Position numbers and translations under genes: made by a program. From the NCBI GenBank assembly GCA_002269645.1, contig NIVC01003383.1, positions 36,522-100,317 on the forward strand: a DNA stretch of 63,796 nt, in the 5' to 3' direction. Below are positions 25,622 to 37,550 of the stretch, one piece after another. The DNA is from Macrostomum lignano. Lineage: Eukaryota. Every line of letters begins with the position of its first letter. The first letter of the stretch is position 1. The notes beneath the pieces are model-generated. The model was not told where the DNA came from. It worked only from the letters and a program-made list of their open reading frames with translations, and searched no databases.

Positions 25622-25960
25622 ATGGCGATGAGACAGTTAGCCTTTCTACTAGGAGCAGCCTGTCTGGTGTTTCTGGGCTGCACAGTACTCACTGCTGAGG
25701 CCTCCGAGATCAGTTGCTATGCGCGGTACGCTGGCGCCGCGGAGGAGCGCGTGACGCCCTGCGGGGACACCCGGCACGGCCGGCGCTGCTTCAAAGGCGT
25801 CTTGAGCGAGGCGAGCGCGGAGCTGCTGCAGGAGCACTCGGAGCTGCCAATTTTTGCTGGAGACTCTGTGCAGCACTGCATCAGTGTGCCCGTCACTCGG
25901 GAGTACCTGTTGAGGTACACTGAGACTGTAGTCTGCGACTATGACCTGTGCAATCAGTGA
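25622..25960 (+). CDS. Small secreted Ly6/uPAR (three-finger)-like protein, 112 aa
   Basis: Hydrophobic signal peptide ending AEA|SEISCY, 6 Cys in the mature part, and C-terminal CDYDLCN typical of LU domains. 5'UTR intron 25219-25620 (CAG|GTGAGT ... CTGCAG|C ATG). Confidence 0.75.
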   Translation: MAMRQLAFLLGAACLVFLGCTVLTAEASEISCYARYAGAAEERVTPCGDTRHGRRCFKGVLSEASAELLQEHSELPIFAGDSVQHCISVPVTREYLLRYTETVVCDYDLCNQ

Positions 25961-26498
25961 GCACAACACAGCCTGTTTCTCTTGTTGCTGAGCAGATTGT
26001 AATGACATAAATACACAAATGAGCAATAGGAACCAATGTTGTCTACTGAAAGATGTTATTGCATTGCGTTGATGTTGGTTTTTATTTTAACAGTTGTGTG
26101 GTATCATCCAGACTGACGGGTGTACAAGCAGCAACGCTGTTAGACCAAAGATCATAAATACGTCGTACACAAGACGGGCCACTCATTAACCGCTAATGTG
26201 GCCATAGAAGCTAATGTAAAAAAATTGCATCTCGTAAGACTACAGCGCGTAAATCAACTACTGAACTCAATTTCGTTAGTAGTCTCTGCAGTGAATTCAT
26301 GTGAATTCATCATTCTTAGTTCAATTGAGTAGCTGTTTGATTAATTCAGAAGTTTTATTCAATTCTCAAAAAATAGCGTCTATGTCCCTAAGCTACTGAA
26401 CTCAAAATTGAAGCAACCAATGTCGGCTCTTTTCGCATAAATGACAAAAAACAGCGGTCGCGCTTTCCCTATTACCGCCATACAAAGTGCCCTATCTA
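25660..26498 (+). repeat. Right arm of inverted duplication
   Basis: Contains most of the Ly6-like CDS plus ~540 bp downstream. Confidence 0.95.
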
Positions 26499-26869
26499 GG
26501 GAATATAAGATCTATGTGTTAGGCTACACACTGCCATGGAGCCCCGTTAGGTTGTGGTGTTTTTGCCATAGACAGGTTTTGCTGACGCAAATGCAGGGTT
26601 GAAGATTATTCCAACTCTCCTAGTGGTTAGTGGAGGAATGCGCTGGATGGGAGGTTTCTGCCATAGACAGTTGTTTTTCCACACTCTCTTATGGGGTAAC
26701 TGTGTCTTCAACTTCAAGTAGTGTAGGAAGCCATATAAATTTTATCCTAACTAATAGACAATTTTTGTGGAGTGCGAAATCGTGAAGTCAATGGGGGATT
26801 ATCCATTTGGCATGGAGTTTAAAGTATAGGCGTTTGGATAGGAGTTGTGAGCTGCTGCAAATGCGTCCC

Positions 26870-27330
26870 GGGGTGAAAGATTTCGGGGTGAGAGATTTCG
26901 GGGTGGGAGATTTCGGGGTGAGAGATTTCGGGGTGGGAGATTTCGGGGTGGGAGATTTCGGGGTGAGAGATTTCGGCGTGAGAGATTTCGGGAGTTAGAG
27001 ATTTCGGGGTGAGAGATTTCGGGGTGGGAGATTTCGGGGTGAGAGATTTCGGGAGTGAGAGATTGCAAGGGGAGAGAGATTTCGGGGTGAGAGATTTCGG
27101 CGTGAGAGATTTCGGGAGTTAGAGATTTCGGGGTGAGAGATTTCGGAGTGAGAGATTTCGGGGTGGGAGATTTCGGGGTGAGAGATTTCGGGGTGAGAGA
27201 TTTCGGGAGTGAGAGATTGCAAGGGGAGAGAGATTTCGGGGTGAGAGATTTCGGGAGTGAGAGATTTCGAGAGTGAGAGATTTCGGGGAGGGAGATTTTG
27301 GGGATATGAGATTTCGAGGATGGGATATTT
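26870..27330. repeat. Minisatellite, 15-bp unit (GAGATTTCGGGGTGA)
   Basis: About 28 copies. Confidence 0.92.
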
Positions 27331-27425
27331 CAGAGATGCTAAGGGTAGCTCATATCCAGTCAGCTGGACACCGAGCTCAGCACTGCGGGTCCTCGGCTGC
27401 CGCGTAACTCAGGCTGGTCGGCAAC

Positions 27426-28262
27426 TCAGGCGCAGGCGGACGCTGGGCCCAGCAGCCGGATGTCCACCCGCCCGTCCGGCTGCTCGTTGCCGCCCGTCGC
27501 GCCCTGGACGCTGGTGGCCTCGCTGGCCGCGAAACTGCCTCCCCCGCCGCCGCCGGCCGCGCCGCCGGCCGCGCCGCCGCCGCTGGCACCGCCGCCCGAG
27601 TAGCCGCCGCCGCCGCCGCCCCCGCCAGGGCTGCTGGTCTTCTTGCCGCCGCCGCCGCCGCCGCCGAAGCCTCCTCGTCCAGCCTGGCCAGTGGAGGAGC
27701 CGCCGCTCCACCCACCGGCCCGGGAGGCGCCGCCTTCGCCGCTGGTGCCGCCGCCGTGCGCCCCGCCGCCCGTCAGCCAGCCGGCACCGCCGCCGCCCTT
27801 GCCGCCGCAGCAGGTGCTGGAAGCAGCCGGAGCGCCGCCACCAGCCACGCCGCCGCTGCCCTGGTGGCTGTCCGGCACCGCCGACGGCGTACCGTCCGGC
27901 CCGACGATTCCCGGCGATCCCGCCGACGTCTCCGCGGCGCCGCCACCGCCGCCAGCCGCTAGCAGCAGCGAAGCGGTCGCAGTCTCGTACACGAAGCTGC
28001 CGCCACCGCCGCCAGCTCCGAAGCGGCTGTCGCCGGAGTCACCACCGACCTGCCCGACGACCACCGTCAACTCGGCGTCTCCAAGTACAAAACTGGCTGA
28101 TTTGAAGGCGCCCCTGCCGCCGGCGTTCGAGCCTGAATTGGAGCCGCCGGCGGCGCCCCAGGCGCGGAGTCGGTAGCAGGCGTTGGGCAGAGGCGGCGAG
28201 TAGCTCTGGGGGGCCGGGCCGCTCGCCGCTGCATTGAAAGGCGGGTTGGAAAATAAATCCAT
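27426..28262 (-). CDS. Stand-alone glycine-rich protein of ALK/LTK Gly-rich domain type, 278 aa
   Basis: From ATG 28262: YRLRAWGAAGG...GGRGA...LTVVVGQVGG...GGGGGSFV...LLLAAGGGGG...GGFGGGGGGG...GGGGGYSGG...GGGGGSF...GNEQPDGRVDI. This matches the motif order of the ALK/LTK and bacterial glycine-rich domains. Uninterrupted. An upstream exon cannot be excluded. Confidence 0.8.
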   Translation of the reverse strand: MDLFSNPPFNAAASGPAPQSYSPPLPNACYRLRAWGAAGGSNSGSNAGGRGAFKSASFVLGDAELTVVVGQVGGDSGDSRFGAGGGGGSFVYETATASLLLAAGGGGGAAETSAGSPGIVGPDGTPSAVPDSHQGSGGVAGGGAPAASSTCCGGKGGGGAGWLTGGGAHGGGTSGEGGASRAGGWSGGSSTGQAGRGGFGGGGGGGKKTSSPGGGGGGGGYSGGGASGGGAAGGAAGGGGGGSFAASEATSVQGATGGNEQPDGRVDIRLLGPASACA

Positions 28263-28806
28263 GATGGCGGGAGGGCTGCGGGTCACCTTGGAGTAGCGCC
28301 AGCGCTGAGTCAATTGCGCCCATTGCGCTGAATCCTGCGCATATTTAAGCGCGTGAATACTGTACGCAGACACGCTCTCATACACACGCTCACACCTTCC
28401 AAATCGTGGGGAAGTGCGTAGGTGTTCTGTTCGAGGTGGCAATCAAAAGTTTGAGCGAAAAACTGACAATCTCCCATATTCTCACACTGGAGACTCAGTG
28501 CGCCCATCAATCAAATTTGACCACGCAAGGGACTTTGGTGCAAGGTTGAGTAGATATCATGGTACTCTGCCAATGTACTCCCGCAGTGCTCACAATAGTT
28601 TGAGTAGAGCGTCTTCTCAGACAGCCAGCTGCTGCAGTTCCCGCCATCCTGCATCAGCCAGAGCTGGCGCAGGTCTTTAGCGGTGCCCATCACGCAGACG
28701 GCGGCTTCGCTGACGAACTCAGCAACTACACAGTGGGCGTCGATAGTGCAGAAGAGGACACATTTGAGCGCACTGCTCGCTGGCCTGTGCAATGTTGAGA
28801 CATCAG

Positions 28807-29880
28807 GAACTGCTTAGAGATCAGTGCGGAACTGCTTAGAGATCAGTGCGGAACTGCTTAGAGATCAGTGCGGAACTGCTTAGAGATCAGTGCGGAACTG
28901 CTTAGATAGATCAGTGCGGAACTGCTTAGAGATCAGTGCGGAACTGCTTAGAGATCAGTGCGGAACTGCTTAGAGATCAGTGCGGAACTGCTTAGAGATC
29001 AGTGCGGAACTGCTTAGAGATCAGTGCGGAACTGCTTAGAGATCAGTGCGGAACTGCTTAGAGATCAGTGCGGAACTGCTTAGAGATCAGTGCGGAACTG
29101 CTTAGATAGATCAGTGCGGAACTGCTTAGAGATCAGTGCGGAACTGCTTAGAGATCAGTGCGGAACTGCTTAGAGATCAGTGCGGAACTGCTTAGAGATC
29201 AGTGCGGAACTGCTTAGAGATCAGTGCGGAACTGCTTAGAGATCAGTGCGGAACTGCTTAGAGATCAGTGCGGAACTGCTTAGAGATCAGTGCGGAACTG
29301 CTTAGAGATCAGTGCGGAACTGCTTAGAGATCAGTGCGGAACTGCTTAGAGATCAGTGCGGAACTGCTTAGAGATCAGTGCGGAACTGCTTAGATAGATC
29401 AGTGCGGAACTGCTTAGAGATCAGTGCGGAACTGCTTAGAGATCAGTGCGGAACTGCTTAGAGATCAGTGCGGAACTGCTTAGAGATCAGTGCGGAACTG
29501 CTTAGAGATCAGTGCGGAACTGCTTAGAGATCAGTGCGGAACTGCTTAGAGATCAGTGCGGAACTGCTTAGAGATCAGTGCGGAACTGCTTAGAGATCAG
29601 TGCGGAACTGCTTAGATAGATCAGTGCGGAACTGCTTAGAGATCAGTGCGGAACTGCTTAGAGATCAGTGCGGAACTGCTTAGAGATCAGTGTGGAACTG
29701 CTTAGAGATCAGTGCGGAACTGCTTAGAGATCAGTGCGGAACTGCTTAGAGATCAGTGCGGAACTGCTTAGAGATCAGTGCGGAACTGCTTAGAGATCAG
29801 TGTGGAACTGCTTAGAGATCAGTGCGGAACTGCTTAGAGATCAGTGCGGAACTGCTTAGAGATCAGTGCGGAACTGCTCT
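28807..29880. repeat. Minisatellite, 22-bp unit (GAACTGCTTAGAGATCAGTGCG)
   Basis: About 48 near-identical copies; four carry a TA insertion. Confidence 0.97.
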
Positions 29881-30504
29881 GAAGAACTATACTAAAAATG
29901 CCATAAAAGACTCAATACGATAGATATCAAATCAGAGGTTCCAGCACACCCCTACTAGCCAACTCTAGTCACCTGACCATGAGACCTGGCGCGGACACAT
30001 TTGAGCAGCACAGGTTGCGGTGCGGCAGCAGACGGTCACAGCTCGGCTGAACAGATGCGGCAGTCAGCAAGGGCAGCAGCAGCAGCAGCAGCACTTGTGC
30101 CAGAAGTTCCATCTTTGAATGCTTGGTTTGCTACAGCACAGCAACAGAAGACGTCAAAAGTAGAGAAGTTTTTAGCAAAAGATGAGGCAGTCCATCGCTG
30201 CAGAGTTTCTATAGCTGGGAATTTGTTTGAATGCAACCAATTGGCTCGGTCTGGAGCCGCAAATGACAGAGCTTTCTACTGGAAATTGTACACTAACCCG
30301 TTGCTAGGGGATCAAATTTGCGGGACAATCGATATGCTGCCATTTGAAATGCTGTACTCGTAGAATGTGAAGATGACGCAATACTTCCACTTAAAATTCG
30401 GCAACTCCCTCTTCTTCTTAAGGATATTTTTGGCGATGTGCTTTCTTTTGCAAGTTAAATTTATATTAATAAGGTTTTTTTTACTATTGCTATTATTAAT
30501 ATTA

Positions 30505-30806
30505 GTATTGGTTTTGTCAGCCTAACTGAGAATAAAGCCATCCAATGTGAGAATCCTGCCTACGCTGACTGCGAAGGGCCTGGCTGCGTGCAGCCTTAGT
30601 CTATGGGCCATAGACTATAAAGGACAAGCAAAGTGATAAAAAGCCATCCAATGTGAGAATCGATTGGTCTTTTAAAACTTTGCTTGTCCTTTATAGTCTA
30701 TGGCTCATAGACTAAGGCTGGACGCAGCCAGGCCCTTCGCAGTCAGCGTAGGCAGGATTCTCACATTGGATGGCTTTATTCTCAGTTAGGCTGACAAAAC
30801 CAATAC
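30505..30806. repeat. Near-perfect 302-bp palindrome (130-bp arms, ~42-bp spacer), possible foldback element
   Basis: Arms 30505-30634 and 30677-30806 are reverse complements with about 2 mismatches. Confidence 0.9.
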
Positions 30807-31649
30807 ATGCTCACACCTAGGTTTTTAGAACTTTATAATTTATGACTTTATTCCAGGCCAACATACTAACTAACGAACTGTCTGATGAATTATGCTTATG
30901 TCTGTGTTCTTGAGTCATTTAGGTAAAATGCTTTGTCCTCTGCAGTAAGCTTTTTGAAATTCGAAACTTTATCCGACATTTCCTGCTCAAATACCATGAG
31001 GAGCACTATAAAAAGTTCCAACTGCACTTAATCAAGAAGTGAACGTACTTCACTTTCAAACCCCACATATGGCACTTTTGGTAGGTCCTGTTCTCGTAAG
31101 GGATTTTTGGTCTCGCAGTCCTTATTGTTTCGCCGTGCTAATCTAAACTGCGACAGGGTGCGATTTAAATCTGGATTGGAAGCCATTCGAAGCTGTAGTA
31201 AAAATGAGTTAACTTTGCCGAGTTCTTTGCTCTTGTCTCCAGTTTTGGGTATCCGAACTTGCCAATCCGTAAGTTGTCTGTGGTGAAACCCAATTTGGTG
31301 CTACAACAATCAGCGTAGAAAGCACAGAGAGTACTTTTGCTGTGTTTCTTCGTACTTGTACCAACTTTCCACCAGAGACAGAGCACTTTACACGCATTTA
31401 GTTTAGCAACACTTCATCCTCCAGTAAGGTCGAGACATCGGCCTTTAGGGAAGAATTCAATGTAGAATTACATAAAGTCTAGAGAACACGACTTCCGTAA
31501 TTGGCAACCCATATTAGTTTTTTAGGCAGAATTTACAATGGTTTAAAACAGACAAAGGCATTGTTGGTTGCATGTTCTGGAATGAAAAACTGATTTAAAT
31601 AAAAAAATTTTAGTTGATTGCAGCAATGCTACTAGTGGCATGCATGGCC

Positions 31650-32030
31650 TTACTAAAACAAATAAAAATACAGGCATTTTTTTTATTCCACCCACGGTGT
31701 TGTCCGCAACAGCGCGATGAGCTATTTTAGGCCGAATCCATTTGCTGCAAACCCAATCCAGGCATTGTTTTGCGCTGCATTGTCTGGCAATTTTGGGGGA
31801 AAGCGATGTGGCTTCGGTCGTCTTTGATGACCAATGCAGAGCTGACATCCTGGATCTATGAAAGTAAAGGTCGGATTCAGAATTTCCGAGTTCTGTGCCG
31901 CTTAACAATTCCGCTTCCGGGATCCAAAAAGCAAGAGATGTTTCTTCTGCGGGCTCTGCATGGCTACGTGTATTACTGATGTTGTCTATAAATTAACTTT
32001 TTAGAAAAAAAACATTGCACACGAGAGAAG
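31650..32030. repeat. Interspersed repeat, copy 1 (copy 2 at ~41950-42340)
   Basis: Shared blocks TCCGCAACAGCGCGATGAGCTATT, CGATG(T/A)GGCTTCGGTCGTCTTTGATGACCAATGCAGAGCTGACA, GGATCCAAAAAGCAA, CTGCATGGCTACGTGTA. Class unknown. Confidence 0.85.
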
Positions 32031-33216
32031 CAAAACTGCTGTAGCTGTTACAAATGCTTCTTTTTGGTTAAGTTATGGTAACCTTATTCAGACGTGGCAT
32101 GCGAGGCATATTTTGTATTGTCACCCAATAAGCTCTAATTGTCCACCGCTATGATCGAGGAGCATCCCAACCTTTCTTATGATTTTATCAGCATTAGGGC
32201 TGGAGCTGCTGGGACGGCCGCGGGACCAAAGTCGTGCATCCAAATATGCACTTTTACCTGGACACCGAACGTTCAGCCGATATACGTATGACTTCTTCGT
32301 TATCAGCCGATGTAATGTAAAAAGTCGGATTTTTTGCTGCACTGGCCCGTTAATGCCCTTATACTAAGCATTTTTTCAGGATATGGTCCTTACTTTAATT
32401 GGATTAGGATTTCGTAGCTACATGTACATTGCGAAACCAGGCTATTACGTTAACTGTATCCTAAACTCTCTAAGCCTATTATTGCTTATTATACTCGTAT
32501 TACTAAAAGAAGAGATTCTGAGAAAGCTAGTAGTTCAAATGTTGGGCGTTCTGTCTAGCAAAACTCGATATCCCTAATTATAGTGTGTACGCAGTTGCAC
32601 TGCTTTCAACCATTTCAAAAAGGAGATTAAATTAACAATAAATGTACGGCTGTACTGGACAGAGAAGAATGCAAGGATCGGATCACTAGCTATTGTGACG
32701 AATAAAGGCAGGAAGACGTGCAGTTTGTGTAGCGGTTAAATTTGATAATCTAGAGCCAGTAGCCGACTTCCCTTAGCGTAAATTGCAGATTCAGATTTGG
32801 TATGTTGAATTGAAGGTTAGGTTTTGATTGGTAGCTGCTTAATTTTAGTGCGACTAAAGCAATTGAATGCGACGGCTAAGGGGCCCGCGAGAAGCGGAGC
32901 GAAAACTCAGCAGGGGGAGAGCGGCGGCTGGCTGCAAGCGTATATTTAATTGGTAAGGTAAACAGATAACAAACAACAGCGACCCTAATCCAAAACCCAG
33001 ACAAACCCCCCACGCGGCGCGCAATGTACATGTACAAATCAATCGATAAATATATCATACAAGAATAACATACGTCAGTACATGTACATAGGTAGAACTA
33101 CTTTACGATAAATAATAACGATATGAATGAAATACAAATAATAGAATAAAACATACGAGGCTACAAAACCAAAGCAATTAACAGTAAAAATAGCGCGATA
33201 ATAATACGTACGAATA

Positions 33217-35277
33217 TCTCTACCTATAAAAACCAAAACTCTGTCTGTCTGTCTGTGGACAAATTACTTCGCTATGGACTCCCAAACCGCTCAACCAAAT
33301 TACACCAAACTTTACACCCACCCTAAACTTACTACGGAGAATGTCTTAGGCTACCTTAAAATTTCCTAAATTTGAGTCTTCCTACCTAAAAGTACAAAAA
33401 ACTGCTCAAAATGCGCGATTTTTTCACTTAATCCTCCATAGCGCCGCTCCACTTCTACCGATCCTCTTCAAATTTGACACAATCAATTTTCAACTATTTT
33501 GACACAATCGTGTAAAATTTCGAGTCTCAAAGTTAATCCTAAACGGTGCTGTGCACTTTTAAAGTTAGGCTGTTTTTTTGCAGCGTAGCAACCACCCCAA
33601 CCTCCGCCCGCCTGCCTCTCTTTCCCGATCTGGGCCCAGATGTGTAAAAGGGTTTCAAAATTGACTAAATTTCAGCTGCCATAAGTTTGCTCCACGTAAA
33701 GCGATTGACTTCAAACTTGACACAATTCTTCATTGACTCATTCTCTGTCTAAATGTAAAGTTTCAACTCTGTAACTCAACCGAAAAAGAAACTGTAAGCA
33801 TGTGAAGTTTGTCTGCTTTTTCTGTTGTTTGTGCCACTCACTCACTCATTCCCCCAGAGCCAGACGAAGGGTCAGGCGATAGGACTGAATGTACATAGCA
33901 AATGTACAGTGTTTTGGAATAACTTTATTTATAGCCTTCTCTGCACCCCGAGGGTGGAGAGGCTACGTTTAGCCATGACAATTTAGTGAGAAATTCTAAC
34001 CACTGTATTGGCAAACTCTGCAGCAGTTTAACAAGTGGATGGCAAAAATTGGCAATTGGCAATTGGCAAATCGAGGGAATCCACTATCCAGCATGGTTTG
34101 TAAAAGCGAAAGATTTATGAAAAGGCGATGCGATGCAATGCAATACAACCCTACTAAATTAGGCACACCATGGAAATTTTAGGTTTCTTTTAAAGGTACT
34201 GTGTAAATATTAAATGGCCTCCTAAGAAATGCGTATTTCCTTGGTTGTTAGACTGATGCAGACTGCAGTGGAGCTGAAGATACACAAATTCCTTTCAGGG
34301 CTGCAAATTGGCAAGAATGATGACGTGATCAAAGCATGAGAACAACCATGAGAGTACTACGTCCCACAAACTGGCTTTCCAAGAAGGGATGGGCAGACTT
34401 TTACCTCAAAGGCCAAAAAAGAATCCAGCTTATGGCTGAGGGGGCAGTTGAGAGTGGAGAGAAGGAATAGACTATTCGAAAAGAGAGGAGAGGTGAGAGA
34501 GGGAATAATAGAAAAGATAAAAGATAATAGGAGAGATGAGGGAGTGAGGACGATGAGAGGAGAGAGTAGAGAGGAGAGAGTAGAGGAGCGAGTAAAGAGG
34601 AGAGAGTGGAGGAGCGAGTAGAGAGGAGAGAGTAGAAGAGCGAGTAGAGAGGAGAGAGGAGAGAGGAGAGAGCAGAGGAGCGAGTAGAGAGGAGGAGAGA
34701 GTAGAGGAGCGAGTAGAGAGGAGAGAGTAGAGGAGCGAGTAGAGAGGAGAAGAAAGATGGGAGAGGAGAGATAAGAGAGAGGTGGAAGCAGAGAGAGAGG
34801 GGGGAAGCAGAGAGAGAGGGAGGAAGCAGAGAGAAATAAAAAGAGATAAAAGAAACGAGACAAGAGAGATGAAAAAGAAGAGAAATGAGGGAAGATACGA
34901 GAGAAGAGGGGAGAGAGGAGAGAGGAAAAAGAGAAGAGAGGAGAGGAGAGAGAGCAGAAAGGAGAGACGACGGACGAGAGAGACGAGAGGAAACAGAAGA
35001 GAAGATAGAAGTTTCAAAAAATCCAAGAGACGTAGGGAGAGTCAGAGGCAGAGGCCAGAGTTTGCCAATACATGTTTTAGGGTCAGACAGACATTAACCA
35101 GCACCCCAGCCAACAATATCAATGTTTGCCTCAAATCCTAATTGTATGCGAATATACTCAATTTTGTTTACCTCTATCCTACTAACTAACTATGGGCTCA
35201 GATTTCAGAATACATGCAAAAATAGTACCGGGGATTGGAATTCCCCGGGTTCAAATTCCGCGGGTTTCAACAGCTTG
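33217..35277 (+). mobile_element. Non-autonomous Helitron, copy 1
   Basis: A|TC start, early (CTGT)n, 3' GC-rich hairpin CCCCGGG..CCGCGGG, terminal CTTG. No TSD. Confidence 0.75.
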
Positions 35278-37461
35278 TCTCTACCTATAAAAACCAAAAC
35301 TCTGTCTGTCTGTGGACAAATTACTTCGCTATGGACTCCCAAACCGCTCAACCAAATTACACCAAACTTTACACCCACCCTAAACTTACTACGGAGAATG
35401 TCTTAGGCTACCTTTTAATTTCCTAGACTCAAGTCTTCCTACCTAAAAGTACAAAAAACTGCTCAAAATGCGCGATTTTTTAACTAAATCCTCCATAGCG
35501 CCGCTCCACTTCTACCGATTCTCTTCAAATTTGACACAGGCAATTTTCAACTATTTTGACACAATCGTGTAAAATTTCAAATCTCAAAGTTACTCCTGAA
35601 AGCCGCTGTGCACTTTTAAAGTTAGGCTGTTTTTCAGCGAGGCAGCCACCCCAACCTCCGCCCGCCTGCCTCTCTTTCCCGATCTGGGCCCAGATGTGAA
35701 AAAGGGGTTTAAATTGACTAACTTTCGGCTGCCATAAGTTTGCTCCACGTGAAGCGATTGACTTCAAACTTGACACAATTCTTCATTGACTCATTCTCTG
35801 TCTAAATGTTAAGTCTTAACTCTGTAACTCAATCAGAACAGAAACTGTAAGCATGTGAAGTTTGTCTGCTTTTTCTGTTGTTTGTGGCGCTCAACTCACT
35901 CATTCCCGCAGTCCAGACGAAGGGTCAGGCGATAGGGCTCAATGTACATAGCAAATGTACAGTGTTTTGGAATAGCTTTATTTATAACCTTCTCTGCACC
36001 CCGAGAGTGGAGAGGCTACGTTTAGCCATAACAGTTTAGTGAGAATTCTAACCACTGCCCTCCCCTCTGTATTGGCAAACTCTGCAGCAGTTTAACACTG
36101 AATGGCAATTGGCAAATCGAGGGAATCCAGCATGGTTTGTAAAAGCGAAAGATTTATGAAAAGGCGATGCGATGCAATGCAATATAACCCTACTAAATTA
36201 GGCACACCATGGAAATTTTAGGTTTCTTTTAAAGGTACTGTGTAAATTTTAAATGGCCTCCTAAGAAATGCGTATTTCCTTGGTTGTTAGACTGATGCAG
36301 ACTGCAGTGGAGCTGAAGATACAAAAATTCTTTTCAGGGCTTGCAAATTGGCAAGAAAGATGACATGATCAAAGCATGAGAACAGCCATGAGAGTACTAC
36401 GTCCCACAAACTGGCTTTCCAAGCAGGAATGGGCAGACTTTTACCTCTAAGTCCAGAAAAGAATCCAGCTTATGGCTGAGGGGCAGTTGAGAGTGGGGAG
36501 GAGAAGGAATAGACTATTCGAAAAGAGAGGAGAGGTGAGAGAGGGAATAAGAGAAAAGATAAAAGATAATAGGAGAGATGAGGGAGTGAGGACGATGAGA
36601 GGAGAGAGTAGAGGAGCGAGTAGAGAGTAGAGAGTAGAGGAGCGAGTAGAGAGAAAAGAGTAGAGGAGCGAGTAGAGAGGAGAGAGTAGAGTAGCGAGTA
36701 GAGAGGAGAGAGTAGAGAGGAGCGAGTAGAGAGGAGAGAGTAGAAGAGCGAGTAATGGGGCGAGTAGAGAGGAGAGAGTAGAGGAGCAAGTAGAGGAGCG
36801 AGTAGATAGGAGAGAGTAGACAGTAGAGTAGATAGGAGAGAGTAGACAGTAGAGTAGCGAGTGGAGAGGAGAGTGTAGAGGAGCGAGTAGAGAGGAGTTA
36901 GTAAAGAGGAGAAAGGAGAGATAAGAGAGAGAATGGAAGAGAGAAGAGATAAAGTTGTACAGATGAGAGAGGTGTAAGGAGAGATGAGAAATGAGAGATG
37001 AGAGATAAAGGAGGAGAGTGGAGAGAGAAGAGACGAGACAAGAGATGGAGAGAGTATATAGAAGAGGGAAGAGAAGAGAAGAGAAGAAAGGAGAAAGGAA
37101 GGTGAGGAGACAAAAGAGGTGAAAGAAAAGAGTACAGAGGACAAAATGAGAGAACATTAAGACAGTAAAGATGACAGATGAAAGAGGGGGGATGAGCTGA
37201 GAGCAGAGACAAAAATGAACGGACGAGAGATGGGAGAATAGAGAGAACAGAAGAGAGATAAGAGAGAAGAGATTACAGAGACGAGAGGAGAGACAAAGGG
37301 AGAGAGAAGTGAGTGAGGCGAGAGGAGAGAAAAGAGGAGAATGGAGGGGAGAGAGTAGAGAGGAGAAGAAAGATGGGAGAGAAGAGATTACAGAGACTAG
37401 AGGAGAGAGGAGAGACAGGGAGAGAGAAGAGGAAATAGGAGAATGAAGAGGGAGAGAGAGA

Positions 37462-37550
<89 letters not shown>

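Noticed and set aside
28807-29880. Regular 22-bp array (and the 33-bp array at 44.5-45.6 kb) as a CRISPR array
   Set aside because: Units are directly adjacent with no unique spacers, there are no cas genes, and the context is eukaryotic.
30001-30363. 120-aa ORF as a BED-finger or transposase fragment
   Set aside because: Starts with TTG, the Cys/His spacing is unconvincing, and no catalytic motifs are present nearby.
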